A stretch of DNA of 64,000 bases from an uncultured archaeon (GTDB lineage: Archaea > Asgardarchaeota > Heimdallarchaeia > Heimdallarchaeales > Heimdallarchaeaceae). The stretch covers positions 12,935-76,934 of the forward strand of contig CAZHRF010000009.1 of NCBI GenBank assembly GCA_964534625.1, in the 5' to 3' direction. This document shows, one piece after another, positions 1 through 9,624 of the stretch. The first letter of the stretch is position 1. The number at the start of each line of letters is the position of its first letter. Both the position numbers and the translations under genes were made by a program. A model generated the notes under the pieces. That model saw only the letters and a list, made by a program, of their open reading frames with translations, did no database searches and was not told the DNA's origin.

Positions 1-254
1 GATTGTTCAATTCTATTTGCTATGATGATTACAGCAGAGATATTAGTGTCTGGAATAAAAGTCAATACTCGATCTATCGTCTCTTTCTCAACCTCCTCCC
101 ATTGGTCGAAAATCCACACGCCTACTAAACCATTCTCCTCTAACACGAGTGTTGAATCAATGTCACTTCGACCTTTAACTTTCGATAAATCATAAGAAAT
201 TTTTCCAAATCTCTCCAAAAAAGACATTGATAGTTCTAGTAGGTCTTCAGTCAT
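1..254 (-). CDS. Hypothetical protein, partial (runs off window start)
   Basis: Manual translation from the ATG at 254 gives MTEDLLELSMSFLERFGKISY...VGVWIFDQWEEVEKETIDRVLTFIPDTNISAVIIIANRIEQ, open to the window edge; not in the ORF track. Confidence 0.6.
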   Translation of the reverse strand, partial: MTEDLLELSMSFLERFGKISYDLSKVKGRSDIDSTLVLEENGLVGVWIFDQWEEVEKETIDRVLTFIPDTNISAVIIIANRIEQ

Positions 255-538
255 ATGTAAAAATATTGTTACTTTAGAGTTATTAAATGATTCGGATGAA
301 CTAGTTAAATCACAGAAAAATAGGGTAGATAGAAGAATACTTGTTTTTACTTCTATTTTGGTAAGTGTTTCATCCCCTATTTACATTAAACTAGGAACGA
401 AACGGAGAAACGGCTAGATAAGGAAAATAAGCAAGAATAAACAAAACTCACCTTTTATGAAACATACCACCAACAGTTCTCCCTTCAACTGACTCCTAGG
501 GATGAAAAACGTACCTATTTTGAATGATAATAAAAAAA

Positions 539-1882
539 TTAGAGGAAACCTTTTTCTTTGAGTATATCCTCAAGTGTAGGTTTTCCTATTTCTTGTAGCT
601 CGTATTTAACACGAATTATATCCTTATTTACCTTAATTAGCCTTGTAATGTCGATGGGTGTAGCAGAAACGACTATATCACATTCTGTAGTATTAATTGT
701 TTCTTCAAGATCTTTGAGTTGTTTTTCGAAATATCCCATAGCAGGAAGTAATGTACCAATTTCAGGATATTTTTCGAAGGTCTCTTTCAAGCTTCCTACT
801 AAATATGGGCGGGGGTCAACTAATTCTTTGGCTCCATATCTTTGAGCAGCTACTATTCCTGCACCATACTTCATCTCACCATGAGTAAGAGTTGGACCAT
901 CTTCGATAACTAAAACTTTCTTTCCCTTTATTTTGTTTGGTTCATCTACAAAGAGAGGAGAGGCTGCTTCAATAATTATTGCATTCGGATTAAGCTCTCG
1001 TGTCACTTCTTCTACCTTTAATACATCCTTATAATCTGCAGTATCAACCTTATTGACTACCACAACATCAGCTAATCTTAGTGTTGTTTCGCCGGGGTAG
1101 TATCTTTTTCCATGGTCGGCACGATGAGGATCAACTACCACAATATTCAGAGTGTTCTCTGTTGAGGTATAAAATGCGAAATCATTATTTCCACCATCCC
1201 AATGAACTATATCTGTTTCTTGTTCTGCTTCATCTAAAATTGCTTTATAGTCAACACCAGCATAAATGACGAGACCTAGATCAATGTAGGGCTCATATTC
1301 CTCACGTTCTTCAATAGTACATTCATGCTTGTCTAGATCATCATAACTAGCAAATCTTTGCACTGCTTGTTTTGCGAGGTCTCCATAAGGCATAGGATGT
1401 CGAATGGATACTACTTTCTTACCTGCTTCACTTAGTATCTTTGCAATTTTTCTTGAGGTCTGAGACTTACCACAGCCTGTTCTTACCGCACAAACAGTTA
1501 TGACTGGTTTTTCAGTTTTAATCATAGTGTTTTTTGTACCAAGCATTGAAAAATCTGCACCAGCGGCATTTACTAGTGCTCCTTTATGCATAACATATTC
1601 ATGAGTTACATCTGAATAAGAAAAAACAACCTCATCAATATCAAGTTTCTTGATAAGTTCAGGTAACTCTTTCTCATCATAAATTGGAATACCTTCGGGG
1701 TATAAATCTCCAGCTAATTCTGCAGGATATTTACGCCCAACGATATCGGGAATTTGTGTTGCTGTAAAAGCTACAACTTCATATTTTTCATTGTTACGAA
1801 AGAATGTATTGAAGTTATGAAAATCTCTACCAGCTGCACCTTGTATAATTACACGTCTTCTATTCTTTGACATCATAATCAC
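539..1882 (-). CDS. COG2403 P-loop protein (annotated cyclic 2,3-diphosphoglycerate synthetase-like/GTPase; candidate arginine synthetase ArcE)
   Basis: N-terminal GAAGRDFHNFN, P-loop RTGCGKS, RHPMPYGDL, EEREEYE, WDGGNND, EDGPTLTHG and LPAMGY, all characteristic of this family. Confidence 0.8.
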   Translation of the reverse strand: MIMMSKNRRRVIIQGAAGRDFHNFNTFFRNNEKYEVVAFTATQIPDIVGRKYPAELAGDLYPEGIPIYDEKELPELIKKLDIDEVVFSYSDVTHEYVMHKGALVNAAGADFSMLGTKNTMIKTEKPVITVCAVRTGCGKSQTSRKIAKILSEAGKKVVSIRHPMPYGDLAKQAVQRFASYDDLDKHECTIEEREEYEPYIDLGLVIYAGVDYKAILDEAEQETDIVHWDGGNNDFAFYTSTENTLNIVVVDPHRADHGKRYYPGETTLRLADVVVVNKVDTADYKDVLKVEEVTRELNPNAIIIEAASPLFVDEPNKIKGKKVLVIEDGPTLTHGEMKYGAGIVAAQRYGAKELVDPRPYLVGSLKETFEKYPEIGTLLPAMGYFEKQLKDLEETINTTECDIVVSATPIDITRLIKVNKDIIRVKYELQEIGKPTLEDILKEKGFL

Positions 1883-2073
1883 ATCTCGATAAAGAGTCTA
1901 GGTTGAACTCTTTGAGCACTTTTAAAAAATTTCCGATTAGAACTTTCCTTTTAACATCTAAATTGATTTTAACTGGATTATATCCTAATAGAATCAGCTT
2001 GGGGGGATAATTTAAATTAATTATATTTTTTGTTTTAATACGAAAAATTGAGCGCTAAAAGGCATAAGATTCC

Positions 2074-2838
2074 TTATATTCGTGTTTTTTTAATCCTTAA
2101 AAGATAATTAGCAAAATCATTAAAGGTATCAGCTCTTATCATGGGTTTTAGAGTTTTCGATTTCCATTCCTTGTCTGTTGGACAAATAATGCACGTTTTA
2201 ATTCCTAATCTCTCTGCACCAATGATGTCCGCTTTATATGAATCTCCAATCATTAATGTTTGGCTGGGATTGGTTTGAACTTTCTGTATTGCATGCAAAA
2301 ACATGGCTTTTTCAGGTTTTGGTGAACCAATTGATTCACTCGTGACAAATCCCTCTATTATCTCTAGAAGTTTATTTTTGATTATTCTTCGTTCTTGTAC
2401 AAAATGGATCCCATTTGTGACAATAAATAGTTTAAAACCCGACTCTTTTAGTTCTTTTAAATTTTGCATTGTTCTATTATTGATTTCTGTTTTTTTGATT
2501 AAAAATTCCAAATAGATCTGATCCATTTTTTCTGCTATTTCATTAATATTATAAAGTTCGATAAGTTTTTGGAACCTAGTGTTTCTTAGTTCTTTTAATC
2601 CTATAAGATTCTTTTCAAACATTCCCCACAGCTCATCATTAATGGTTTTATAATGCAATTTTGCTTTTTTCCAAGATGTTCTAGGGATACCTTTTTCTTG
2701 GAATAATTGCCTTAAAGCCATTTTTGAGGTTTCTTCATAATCTACAAGTGTTCCATCAAAATCTAGTAACAAGGTGGTAATTTGATTTAATTTATTTTGA
2801 ACTTCGAGCTCTGTATAAGGGGAAACTATCTCTAGCAA
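2074..2838 (-). CDS. HAD-family hydrolase (YjjG-like pyrimidine nucleotidase)
   Basis: DFDGTL motif I, VTNG motif II, KP motif III, GDSYKADIIGA motif IV. Confidence 0.85.
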   Translation of the reverse strand: MLEIVSPYTELEVQNKLNQITTLLLDFDGTLVDYEETSKMALRQLFQEKGIPRTSWKKAKLHYKTINDELWGMFEKNLIGLKELRNTRFQKLIELYNINEIAEKMDQIYLEFLIKKTEINNRTMQNLKELKESGFKLFIVTNGIHFVQERRIIKNKLLEIIEGFVTSESIGSPKPEKAMFLHAIQKVQTNPSQTLMIGDSYKADIIGAERLGIKTCIICPTDKEWKSKTLKPMIRADTFNDFANYLLRIKKTRI

Positions 2839-2842
2839 TTAT

Positions 2843-3073
2843 TTAAACCTCCATTTGGGGCTTTTTTTCACTCTTCTCTGGTATTTTTTTTAAAACTCTA
2901 GTAAGAGAAAGATACACTTGTAGAATTATTAATATAGTTACTATTCCTAAAATTAGTTCATTTGATTTATTTAGAAACAGTACAAAAATAAGCACTATTA
3001 TAACTGGGTCAAAAACTAGTGCAAGTATAATCAATTCCTTTTTCACAGTGATACGACTATCTTCATCTTTCAT
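2843..3073 (-). CDS. Small two-TM membrane protein
   Basis: Two hydrophobic stretches; 4 bp from the downstream HAD gene on the same strand. Confidence 0.6.
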   Translation of the reverse strand: MKDEDSRITVKKELIILALVFDPVIIVLIFVLFLNKSNELILGIVTILIILQVYLSLTRVLKKIPEKSEKKPQMEV

Positions 3074-3165
3074 GGTTCTTCTCTCTGGTGTTGTATTTTT
3101 GTTTCATATTTTCATTTTCAATTTATTAATGATTCTTTTCTGCATGAATTTATTATATTTTTTAC

Positions 3166-3211
3166 CTTGCCTAGCCAGAATGCCCACTCACTTGGGGGTG
3201 GAGTAGTTCAT
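3166..3211 (+). mobile_element. Minimal 46-bp single-hairpin IS200/IS605-end element (PATE/REP-like)
   Basis: Preceded by TTTAC (3161-3165); hairpin CCACTC..GGGTGG; ends GTAGTTCAT exactly like the two 395-bp elements. Confidence 0.55.
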
Positions 3212-3280
3212 GTATTTAGAGATTTAATTTTTTAGGGAAACCTTTTTTTAGAGTCGATATTTAAAATAAAGGATTATAAA

Positions 3281-5158
3281 ATGGAAACAAATACCGCAAA
3301 AAGCATGTTTAATAATAAAACTAGAGGGAGCTGGAAAAGCGTTGTTTTAGCGAATCATTTGGGCGAAAGTGCAAAAATAAAGTACCCAAGTTTTTCTCCT
3401 ACTGGACAAAAGCTTTCTTTCATACGAAGGTTTGATGGGGAGGATCACCTCTGGCTTTTTTCAATAGAAAAAGAGGAACTAACTTTGTTGTCGCAAGTTA
3501 CCAAAGGAAACGGATTAAAAGGCACAGCTTTATACGGAGATGGACTATATACTTGGCGATACAACTCACAAAAAGAGTTACTCGTATGTTGTGATGATGA
3601 TCTTAAAATTCTAAATGTATTAACAGGTGAAATGAAAAAGTTATATCCTTTTGCTATTGGTGCAAGTCAACCTGTTGAGTCAAATAGGGAAATTGCAAGC
3701 ACAGTAACACCAAATAATACATGCATGCGTGTTGTTAATCTCTCTGAAAACAATGCTCAATGGCCTGTTCCTCTTCCTCCTAAAACAGACTTTGCTATTA
3801 ATTCTACATTTTCAAGGAATGGTGATTGGTTAGCTTGGCATGCATGGGACTTTCCTAATATGGCTTGGGACACAAGTTTTATTGTTACTTACTCGAAAAA
3901 TGATCCAAATGCACCGTACAATTATAAAGAACCTGGTGTTAGTATGGCACAACCGAATTTTTCACCTGTGGACGATGTTCTTGCTTTCTTAAGTGACAAA
4001 AAAGGCTGGTTAAACCTCTGGTATCTCCCAGACCCAATGTCATATCCTGAACCCCTCGTGTTAGAAGAAGCTGAACACGGCTTTCCTGTTTGGAGTGCCG
4101 GACAAAAAACATTTGATTGGTTACCAGATGCAAAACATATCATCTATATTAGAAATAGAAAGGCTGAAACAGAACTCGTAATGGTAAACACTTTAACTAA
4201 AGAAACACAAGTTCTTGATTTCCCGTCTGGTGTATATGAACATATTGATGTTCATCCAATAAAAAACAAGGCGGTTGTAATATATTCATCGCCAAAGATT
4301 CCTCAAAAGCTGATGTTATTGGATCTCGATAAGAATACATATGGTGATATTTTGCAAGGTCCAGTTGCATTTCCAACCCAAGATTTTGTTGAACCCATTC
4401 ACATAAGTTTTCCAACAAAGGATGGAGAGAATGCACATGCACTTCTATGGGTTAAAGAGAGAGAAGATGCAGAAAATGCTCCCGTAATAGTTAGTATTCA
4501 TGGTGGTCCAACATCTCAATCCAAAATGGGTTGGAATCCAAAAGCACAATTTTTTGCAATGCGAGGATATGTATATGCAGAGTTAAATCATAGGGGGAGT
4601 ACAGGCTATGGTCGAGAATATATTCAAAAACTAACGGGAAATTGGGGAGTAGTAGATGCAGCTGATTCATATTATTTATTGCGATATCTAGAAAAAAGAG
4701 GAATGGTGGATAGTTCTCGTTCTGCAATAATTGGTGGTAGTGCAGGAGGTTATAATGTGCTACAGACTTTGATCAATTATCCTGATTCATATTCTTGTGG
4801 GATTAATTTATATGGTGTAACCGATTTATTCCATCTTGCAGATATGACGCATTATTTTGAGTCTCATTATTTAGATAAATTAGTAGGTTCATTACCGGAA
4901 GAATCTGAAAAATATAAAACACGTTCTCCTATTTATAATTTAGATGAACTGAAAACGCCTTTATTGGTTCTTCAAGGAGCTAAAGACAAAGTAGTGCCTA
5001 AAGAACAATCGGATATGCTAGTTGATTCACTAAAGAAAAAAGGAGTAGCTGTTGAGTATCATGTATATCCTAATGAAGGTCATGGCTTCAAAAAACGACA
5101 AACTGTTACTGATAGCTATGAACGAATGTTGCGATTTTTAAGAAAAGAACTAATATAG
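3281..5158 (+). CDS. S9 family prolyl oligopeptidase / acylaminoacyl peptidase
   Basis: Beta-propeller-like N-terminus, HGGP, RGSTGYG, nucleophile GGSAGG, QGAKDKVV (Asp), EGHGF (His). Confidence 0.92.
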   Translation: METNTAKSMFNNKTRGSWKSVVLANHLGESAKIKYPSFSPTGQKLSFIRRFDGEDHLWLFSIEKEELTLLSQVTKGNGLKGTALYGDGLYTWRYNSQKELLVCCDDDLKILNVLTGEMKKLYPFAIGASQPVESNREIASTVTPNNTCMRVVNLSENNAQWPVPLPPKTDFAINSTFSRNGDWLAWHAWDFPNMAWDTSFIVTYSKNDPNAPYNYKEPGVSMAQPNFSPVDDVLAFLSDKKGWLNLWYLPDPMSYPEPLVLEEAEHGFPVWSAGQKTFDWLPDAKHIIYIRNRKAETELVMVNTLTKETQVLDFPSGVYEHIDVHPIKNKAVVIYSSPKIPQKLMLLDLDKNTYGDILQGPVAFPTQDFVEPIHISFPTKDGENAHALLWVKEREDAENAPVIVSIHGGPTSQSKMGWNPKAQFFAMRGYVYAELNHRGSTGYGREYIQKLTGNWGVVDAADSYYLLRYLEKRGMVDSSRSAIIGGSAGGYNVLQTLINYPDSYSCGINLYGVTDLFHLADMTHYFESHYLDKLVGSLPEESEKYKTRSPIYNLDELKTPLLVLQGAKDKVVPKEQSDMLVDSLKKKGVAVEYHVYPNEGHGFKKRQTVTDSYERMLRFLRKELI

Positions 5159-5272
5159 ATGTGATTCTAATAATAATTTGCGATGAAATAGTTTTTTTAT
5201 ATTTTTTTCATACATACTAATATTAATAATGTAAATGAGATTAAATGATAATAGATACCTGAGGTCAATCTT

Positions 5273-6187
5273 ATGTCTCAAGAAATTAGTTCAATAATAA
5301 AGGAGTATTCAGATAAAATATATGGATTCTTTTTAGGGGACAAGAAGGGTAATCTCCTAAAAGAAGAAATATTTACATCTGAGTATTGCTCTCCAATGGT
5401 GCTAAAAAACATTACAAAAGCATTGTGTTCATTTGCTACAGAGACAAATATTTCTGATTATGGGACAATAACATTATCAAAATCTAAAGTCTCATTTTCA
5501 CGATTTGGAGATATTGTTTATGTCCTTAATCACAATATTGAGAAAAAAGAAATAACAAAAGATTTCTTGAGGGATTTAGCTACATTTTTCGAGGAACGTT
5601 CAAAGGCAAAATTTTTTGCAAGTTCAAATACGGAATTGTTCTCGGGAGCTTCAGCAATATTTAGAAAAATTGTTCCTGATTTATTCAATCCTGTCTTTGA
5701 ATACATTAAGAGAGCTGAAGAAGAAAAAGAAAAACAAAAAGAATTTGAAGAACAAAAAAAGAAAAAAGCTAAAGAAACAAAAAAGGTAGAATTAGATGAA
5801 AACCAAGAAAAAACGATCAAAAAACTATTTAAAAGCCTCAGAACCAGTTTTAAAGATATTGAACATGTTGTACTTATGAAGAAAAAAGAAGAAAAAGTGA
5901 AACTATTTTATGATGAAGGAGAATTAACAAAAGGATTAGTGAATGAAACTGTGAGAGTAATTAATAAGTATAGAAGTGAAGTAGTAGAATTGCTTAAGGA
6001 TGAAGATATAGCAAGAAATATTATTGAACTTACAGAAGATTACCAATTAGTATTTACGGATGTTGATGGACAGCATTTCCTTTATATTATAGCAAAAAAA
6101 ACATTAGATCTGGTTATAATGAGTTCAATATTTATTAGGATAGCAAATAGAATATCTGATGAATTAAAAAGAATTAAAGAGGAGTAA
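5273..6187 (+). CDS. Asgard-type protein: longin/profilin-like domain + charged coiled coil + roadblock-like domain
   Basis: N-domain pattern FFLGDKKGNLL...VSFSRFGDIVYVL; E/K-rich linker; C-domain QLVFTDVDGQHFLYIIAKKTLDL...IANRISDEL resembles the roadblock C-terminus; GAGGT SD-like motif upstream. Confidence 0.55.
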   Translation: MSQEISSIIKEYSDKIYGFFLGDKKGNLLKEEIFTSEYCSPMVLKNITKALCSFATETNISDYGTITLSKSKVSFSRFGDIVYVLNHNIEKKEITKDFLRDLATFFEERSKAKFFASSNTELFSGASAIFRKIVPDLFNPVFEYIKRAEEEKEKQKEFEEQKKKKAKETKKVELDENQEKTIKKLFKSLRTSFKDIEHVVLMKKKEEKVKLFYDEGELTKGLVNETVRVINKYRSEVVELLKDEDIARNIIELTEDYQLVFTDVDGQHFLYIIAKKTLDLVIMSSIFIRIANRISDELKRIKEE

Positions 6188-6196
6188 ATAAAAAGA

Positions 6197-7276
6197 CTAT
6201 TGAGGTTTTAATGGTTTTATTTCTGTTTTAGAGACTTTTTGATGAAACAAGTAACTTTTCCATTCATTTTTACAGCTACAAGATATTGGTTGCATTAAAT
6301 ATTTTACCTTCTGAGAAATTGTAAAATTCTTTAAGGCCTCACTCACTAATTTGTCACATGTACCACAGTTATGAGCCCCTCGCTCTTTTCCTGCTGCTAC
6401 AGGTTCACAAATAACACGGAGATCAGGATGGGCCTGTTTGAGTTCCTTACACACATGTAAAAGAGACCATAACCATGGGGGTCGATAATTTCCTTCTTCA
6501 AAAAGTGTAGAAAGAAGAGTACCTCTATGGATACTAATAGAATTAATAGAAATAGTATCGATACCCAACTCAACAATTTTTTTAACACTAGTAAAAATGT
6601 CAATAATTGCATCATATTCAGAAATGAAAAGTGGTTTGAAAATAAGATAGGCCTTGATATTAGCCCCTGAAGATAATACAGCAGAAGCGGCTTGAGCAAA
6701 GTCTTCCCAAAAGAATCCTTTGTTGATAGAGTCACGTAAAATGTTGTTATTTGCACTTTCTAATCCGATGGCTATCTCAACAACTGACGGGTCAAGAAAT
6801 TGAAAAATCTTGTTGAGGATATCTTTATTCACATATTCGGGACGTGATTCTAAAACAATTTCTTGAATCTGTGGATAGAGAGAGAGTTTTTCTATTAAAG
6901 TGAGAAGAACATGTTCGGGAACTTCTTTTGGATCTAAAATACTACCACTAGTAAAGAGCTTAACAGAAAGGATTTGATCTTCAGTAAGTTTCTCTTTAAG
7001 ATGCAGCTTAAATTGGTCTATCATTTCATCAAAATTAGTCTGCTTGGGATTATCATATAAGTAACCGCAGAATGAACATCCTCCGCTCCCAGATAAAGCC
7101 CAAGAACATCCACGTGTGGGGAGGATGAATACAAGGGCTTTTGCAGCCTTAGAGCGTAAACGGTGGTCTTCAATCCACGAGATAACTTTTTTAGAATGTG
7201 AACGAGAAGATAAAGAGGACTTGCGTATCTCATTTAATATTTGTCGTAAAATAGTATTAGATTTTGATGTCATCAA
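6197..7276 (-). CDS. raSEA: Archaeosine biosynthesis radical SAM enzyme RaSEA
   Basis: TRGCSW..SGGCSFCGY (CX7CX2C), KLFTSGS, ESRPEYV, IGLES, RPPWLWS, RGAHNCGTC; directly downstream of arcS. Confidence 0.9.
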   Translation of the reverse strand: MMTSKSNTILRQILNEIRKSSLSSRSHSKKVISWIEDHRLRSKAAKALVFILPTRGCSWALSGSGGCSFCGYLYDNPKQTNFDEMIDQFKLHLKEKLTEDQILSVKLFTSGSILDPKEVPEHVLLTLIEKLSLYPQIQEIVLESRPEYVNKDILNKIFQFLDPSVVEIAIGLESANNNILRDSINKGFFWEDFAQAASAVLSSGANIKAYLIFKPLFISEYDAIIDIFTSVKKIVELGIDTISINSISIHRGTLLSTLFEEGNYRPPWLWSLLHVCKELKQAHPDLRVICEPVAAGKERGAHNCGTCDKLVSEALKNFTISQKVKYLMQPISCSCKNEWKSYLFHQKVSKTEIKPLKPQ

Positions 7277-9187
7277 TTATAAACTCCTTTTTTTACGTAT
7301 TTGGGCAGCTATACCTGAGGTCATTTTATTCATATCACAACCAGCAACAACAGCTGTACCCGTAGCTAAGACAAGATTATCTTTAGTGATCAAAATCTCA
7401 TCTAAAGGTCGAATACGAGGGTCAGCCTTGACAATACCAACAGCAAAAATGCTACTGCCTCGGATATTTGTGGTAGCAAATTCCATCTTTGCATAGGTTA
7501 AATCAATAATCTTCTGTGCGTGAGTAGGATCAAGTGTAAGAAAACCATCAGCATAACGTAAAGTAGCAATCTGTTCATTGTCAAGAAAAATTTGTAAATC
7601 GCGAGGAAACCTACCTTTAATGATAGTATCAGCAGGAAAGAGAATATCACCAACACCTTTTCCAAATTGATGATTGGCTATGGTACGTAAACGTATAATC
7701 ATATCAGAGTAAATGCGGCGTTCAGGCGTATAAGAACGGATGACGGAAGTAAGGGTTGAAGTAAGAAAATCTAACGAGTCATAACTTGTTGGATGACTAT
7801 CAGGAGAAGTATGGATGATTTCCCAATCACGTTGTTGCTTAATTGAATTAAGAACATCAGTATAACCAGAACCATGGGTGTGATTGATAATAGTAAGGTC
7901 AGAAGGGTACTTATCAAGAACAGAGAGAAGGAGATCAGATGTAAGAGAAATCTCTTCAGAACACCAATCCCCAGAAACAGGAATGTCATAGAAACGACTA
8001 GGATAAAGATCTTCTAATTCACGAGGAACGACAGAAAGAGGAGAGGTGATAATGATCTCAGAAAGTAAAGCACGATGAGATTTAACTCCTTTACGTAAAG
8101 CCCGAATAAAACGGCGATGGGAAAAAGATAGAGAATATGGTTTACGCGAAGAGCAAGGAAAAAGAATAACAATATGAGCAAAAGGATCAGGAGTGAAGAA
8201 ATCACGAATACGAGAACGAAATTCGGTTATACTAGGCCGATAGATAGATTCGTTACCAATACATTTTACAGGGGCGGAAGTAAGCAAAGGAGTACGGTTA
8301 CGTATATACGAACCATAGGAGGAATCGAAATGCTTCAAAGCAGCTGCAAACGTAACAGAATTGTGAATATCTTGTTCAACTAATGTACGAAGAGTGCCTT
8401 CTTCAAGAGCAAAATAGATACGAGAAATAGCATTTTGGAGGATGAAATTGTTGTGAGAGAAAAGATTAGGAGGATTAGAAGAACAATGAGGACAATAACA
8501 AGGAGGATGCGAATCTAAAGGATAATACCTATCTAAAGTGAGAAAATAACCAGAAGAAGGAGAAAGATAATAAGCAAAAGAATTATCGAAAAAATCAATA
8601 CCTGAATAAACAAGAAAAGAAAAATAACTAGGGGGAATAGGACCAGGAAGAAAAAGGGCAATATCAGGAGAGAGACGTTGACGGAGAGTAAAAAGACTTT
8701 GAGAAAGTTTTCGTTGATTAAAAAGGAGAGAATGAAAACCAGAAAGAAGGAAAAAAGAACAATCAGAATCTAAAACGGGATCAATAAGGGGAGAATCAAT
8801 AAAATCAATAGGGAGAGTGAAAATATGCTGAAAAAGTTTAGAATGAGAAAGAAACTGGTCAATATAACTTTCAAAGTCGGGTTTGCGGAGATCATAAGGA
8901 GTGGGAGCGGGATAAAAAGGCTGAGACGAAAGAAGAAAAGATGAAGAAAGAGATTTGGACTCTTTATTAGGAGGAAAAAACCAGTGAAGTGTGGGGGGAG
9001 AAGAAAAATCTTCACAAGAGAGAGATGGAGGGGTGGAGAGAGAAAAATAACCAGAAAATCCGTGGGGAGAAGCGGGAGGTTCAATAGATAAAAGACCAGG
9101 AGATAAAGAATAATTGGAATTAGTTTCTGATAAAATACGAGCAAAGGCTTGTTGGTAATGTGGTTGGAAGTAACGCAAGGTAATCAC
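7277..9187 (-). CDS. arcS: Archaeosine synthase subunit alpha ArcS (TgtA2) with C-terminal PUA domain; probable GTG start at 9187 (ORF track extends to 9274)
   Basis: GIDFFD, CYCPHC Zn site, PCSSRKPYSLSFSH, TSPLSVVPRELE, YDIPVSGDW, QFG..G, PUA motif ADPRIRPLDEI. Confidence 0.88.
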   Translation of the reverse strand: MITLRYFQPHYQQAFARILSETNSNYSLSPGLLSIEPPASPHGFSGYFSLSTPPSLSCEDFSSPPTLHWFFPPNKESKSLSSSFLLSSQPFYPAPTPYDLRKPDFESYIDQFLSHSKLFQHIFTLPIDFIDSPLIDPVLDSDCSFFLLSGFHSLLFNQRKLSQSLFTLRQRLSPDIALFLPGPIPPSYFSFLVYSGIDFFDNSFAYYLSPSSGYFLTLDRYYPLDSHPPCYCPHCSSNPPNLFSHNNFILQNAISRIYFALEEGTLRTLVEQDIHNSVTFAAALKHFDSSYGSYIRNRTPLLTSAPVKCIGNESIYRPSITEFRSRIRDFFTPDPFAHIVILFPCSSRKPYSLSFSHRRFIRALRKGVKSHRALLSEIIITSPLSVVPRELEDLYPSRFYDIPVSGDWCSEEISLTSDLLLSVLDKYPSDLTIINHTHGSGYTDVLNSIKQQRDWEIIHTSPDSHPTSYDSLDFLTSTLTSVIRSYTPERRIYSDMIIRLRTIANHQFGKGVGDILFPADTIIKGRFPRDLQIFLDNEQIATLRYADGFLTLDPTHAQKIIDLTYAKMEFATTNIRGSSIFAVGIVKADPRIRPLDEILITKDNLVLATGTAVVAGCDMNKMTSGIAAQIRKKRSL

Positions 9188-9285
9188 TAACTGAATAAGT
9201 ACATAACATAAAAGGAGAATTAATAAAAAGAATGTGGTAAGAAAGAAATAAGGGCATAAAGGTAGAATGTACAAGAGTAAGGAAT

Positions 9286-9406
9286 ATGAACTACCACCGC
9301 CTGAAGGTAGATGCTTTCCTGCTTCATAGAAGTTACCTCAATAATCTGAGGTCTTACCTCTTCTTCACAGCGTCGTCTATAGTTCCCGTCGTCCCGACGG
9401 TACATA
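9286..9406 (-). ncRNA. TnpB-type omega RNA (reRNA) scaffold in element copy A
   Basis: GTACCGTCGGGACGACGGGAACT..ACGCTGTG..GTAAGACCTC..GAGGT..TGAAGCAGGAA..hairpin..TTCAT matches the typical IS605/IS1341 right-end RNA architecture; compensatory stem changes relative to copy B. Confidence 0.7.
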
Positions 9407-9610
9407 GGTATTTTACACACATGTTATTGAATTTGCATCGGAAGATCTCAATACCCTTATCTGGGTAGGTACAGTATAATAAACATCATCGTCGTTTAAT
9501 GTCTATCCCTATTTTCTACTTTCCCCTTTTCCTTTTTGTATCGTAACACTCTTGGTTTTCGATATGGTACCAAAACAAGTAAACAAAGATATTGTACTTA
9601 AACAACGTTT

Positions 9611-9624
9611 GTATATTTAAACTT
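9611..9624 (-). promoter_or_regulatory. Putative BRE/TATA promoter inside element copy A
   Basis: AAGTTTAAATATAC just inside the left end; AAGTTTAAACATAC at the same position in copy B. Confidence 0.5.

Noticed and set aside
456-510. ATGAAACATACCACC and GGGATGAAAA resembling element ends
   Set aside because: Short partial matches with no hairpin or TTAC geometry; may be chance
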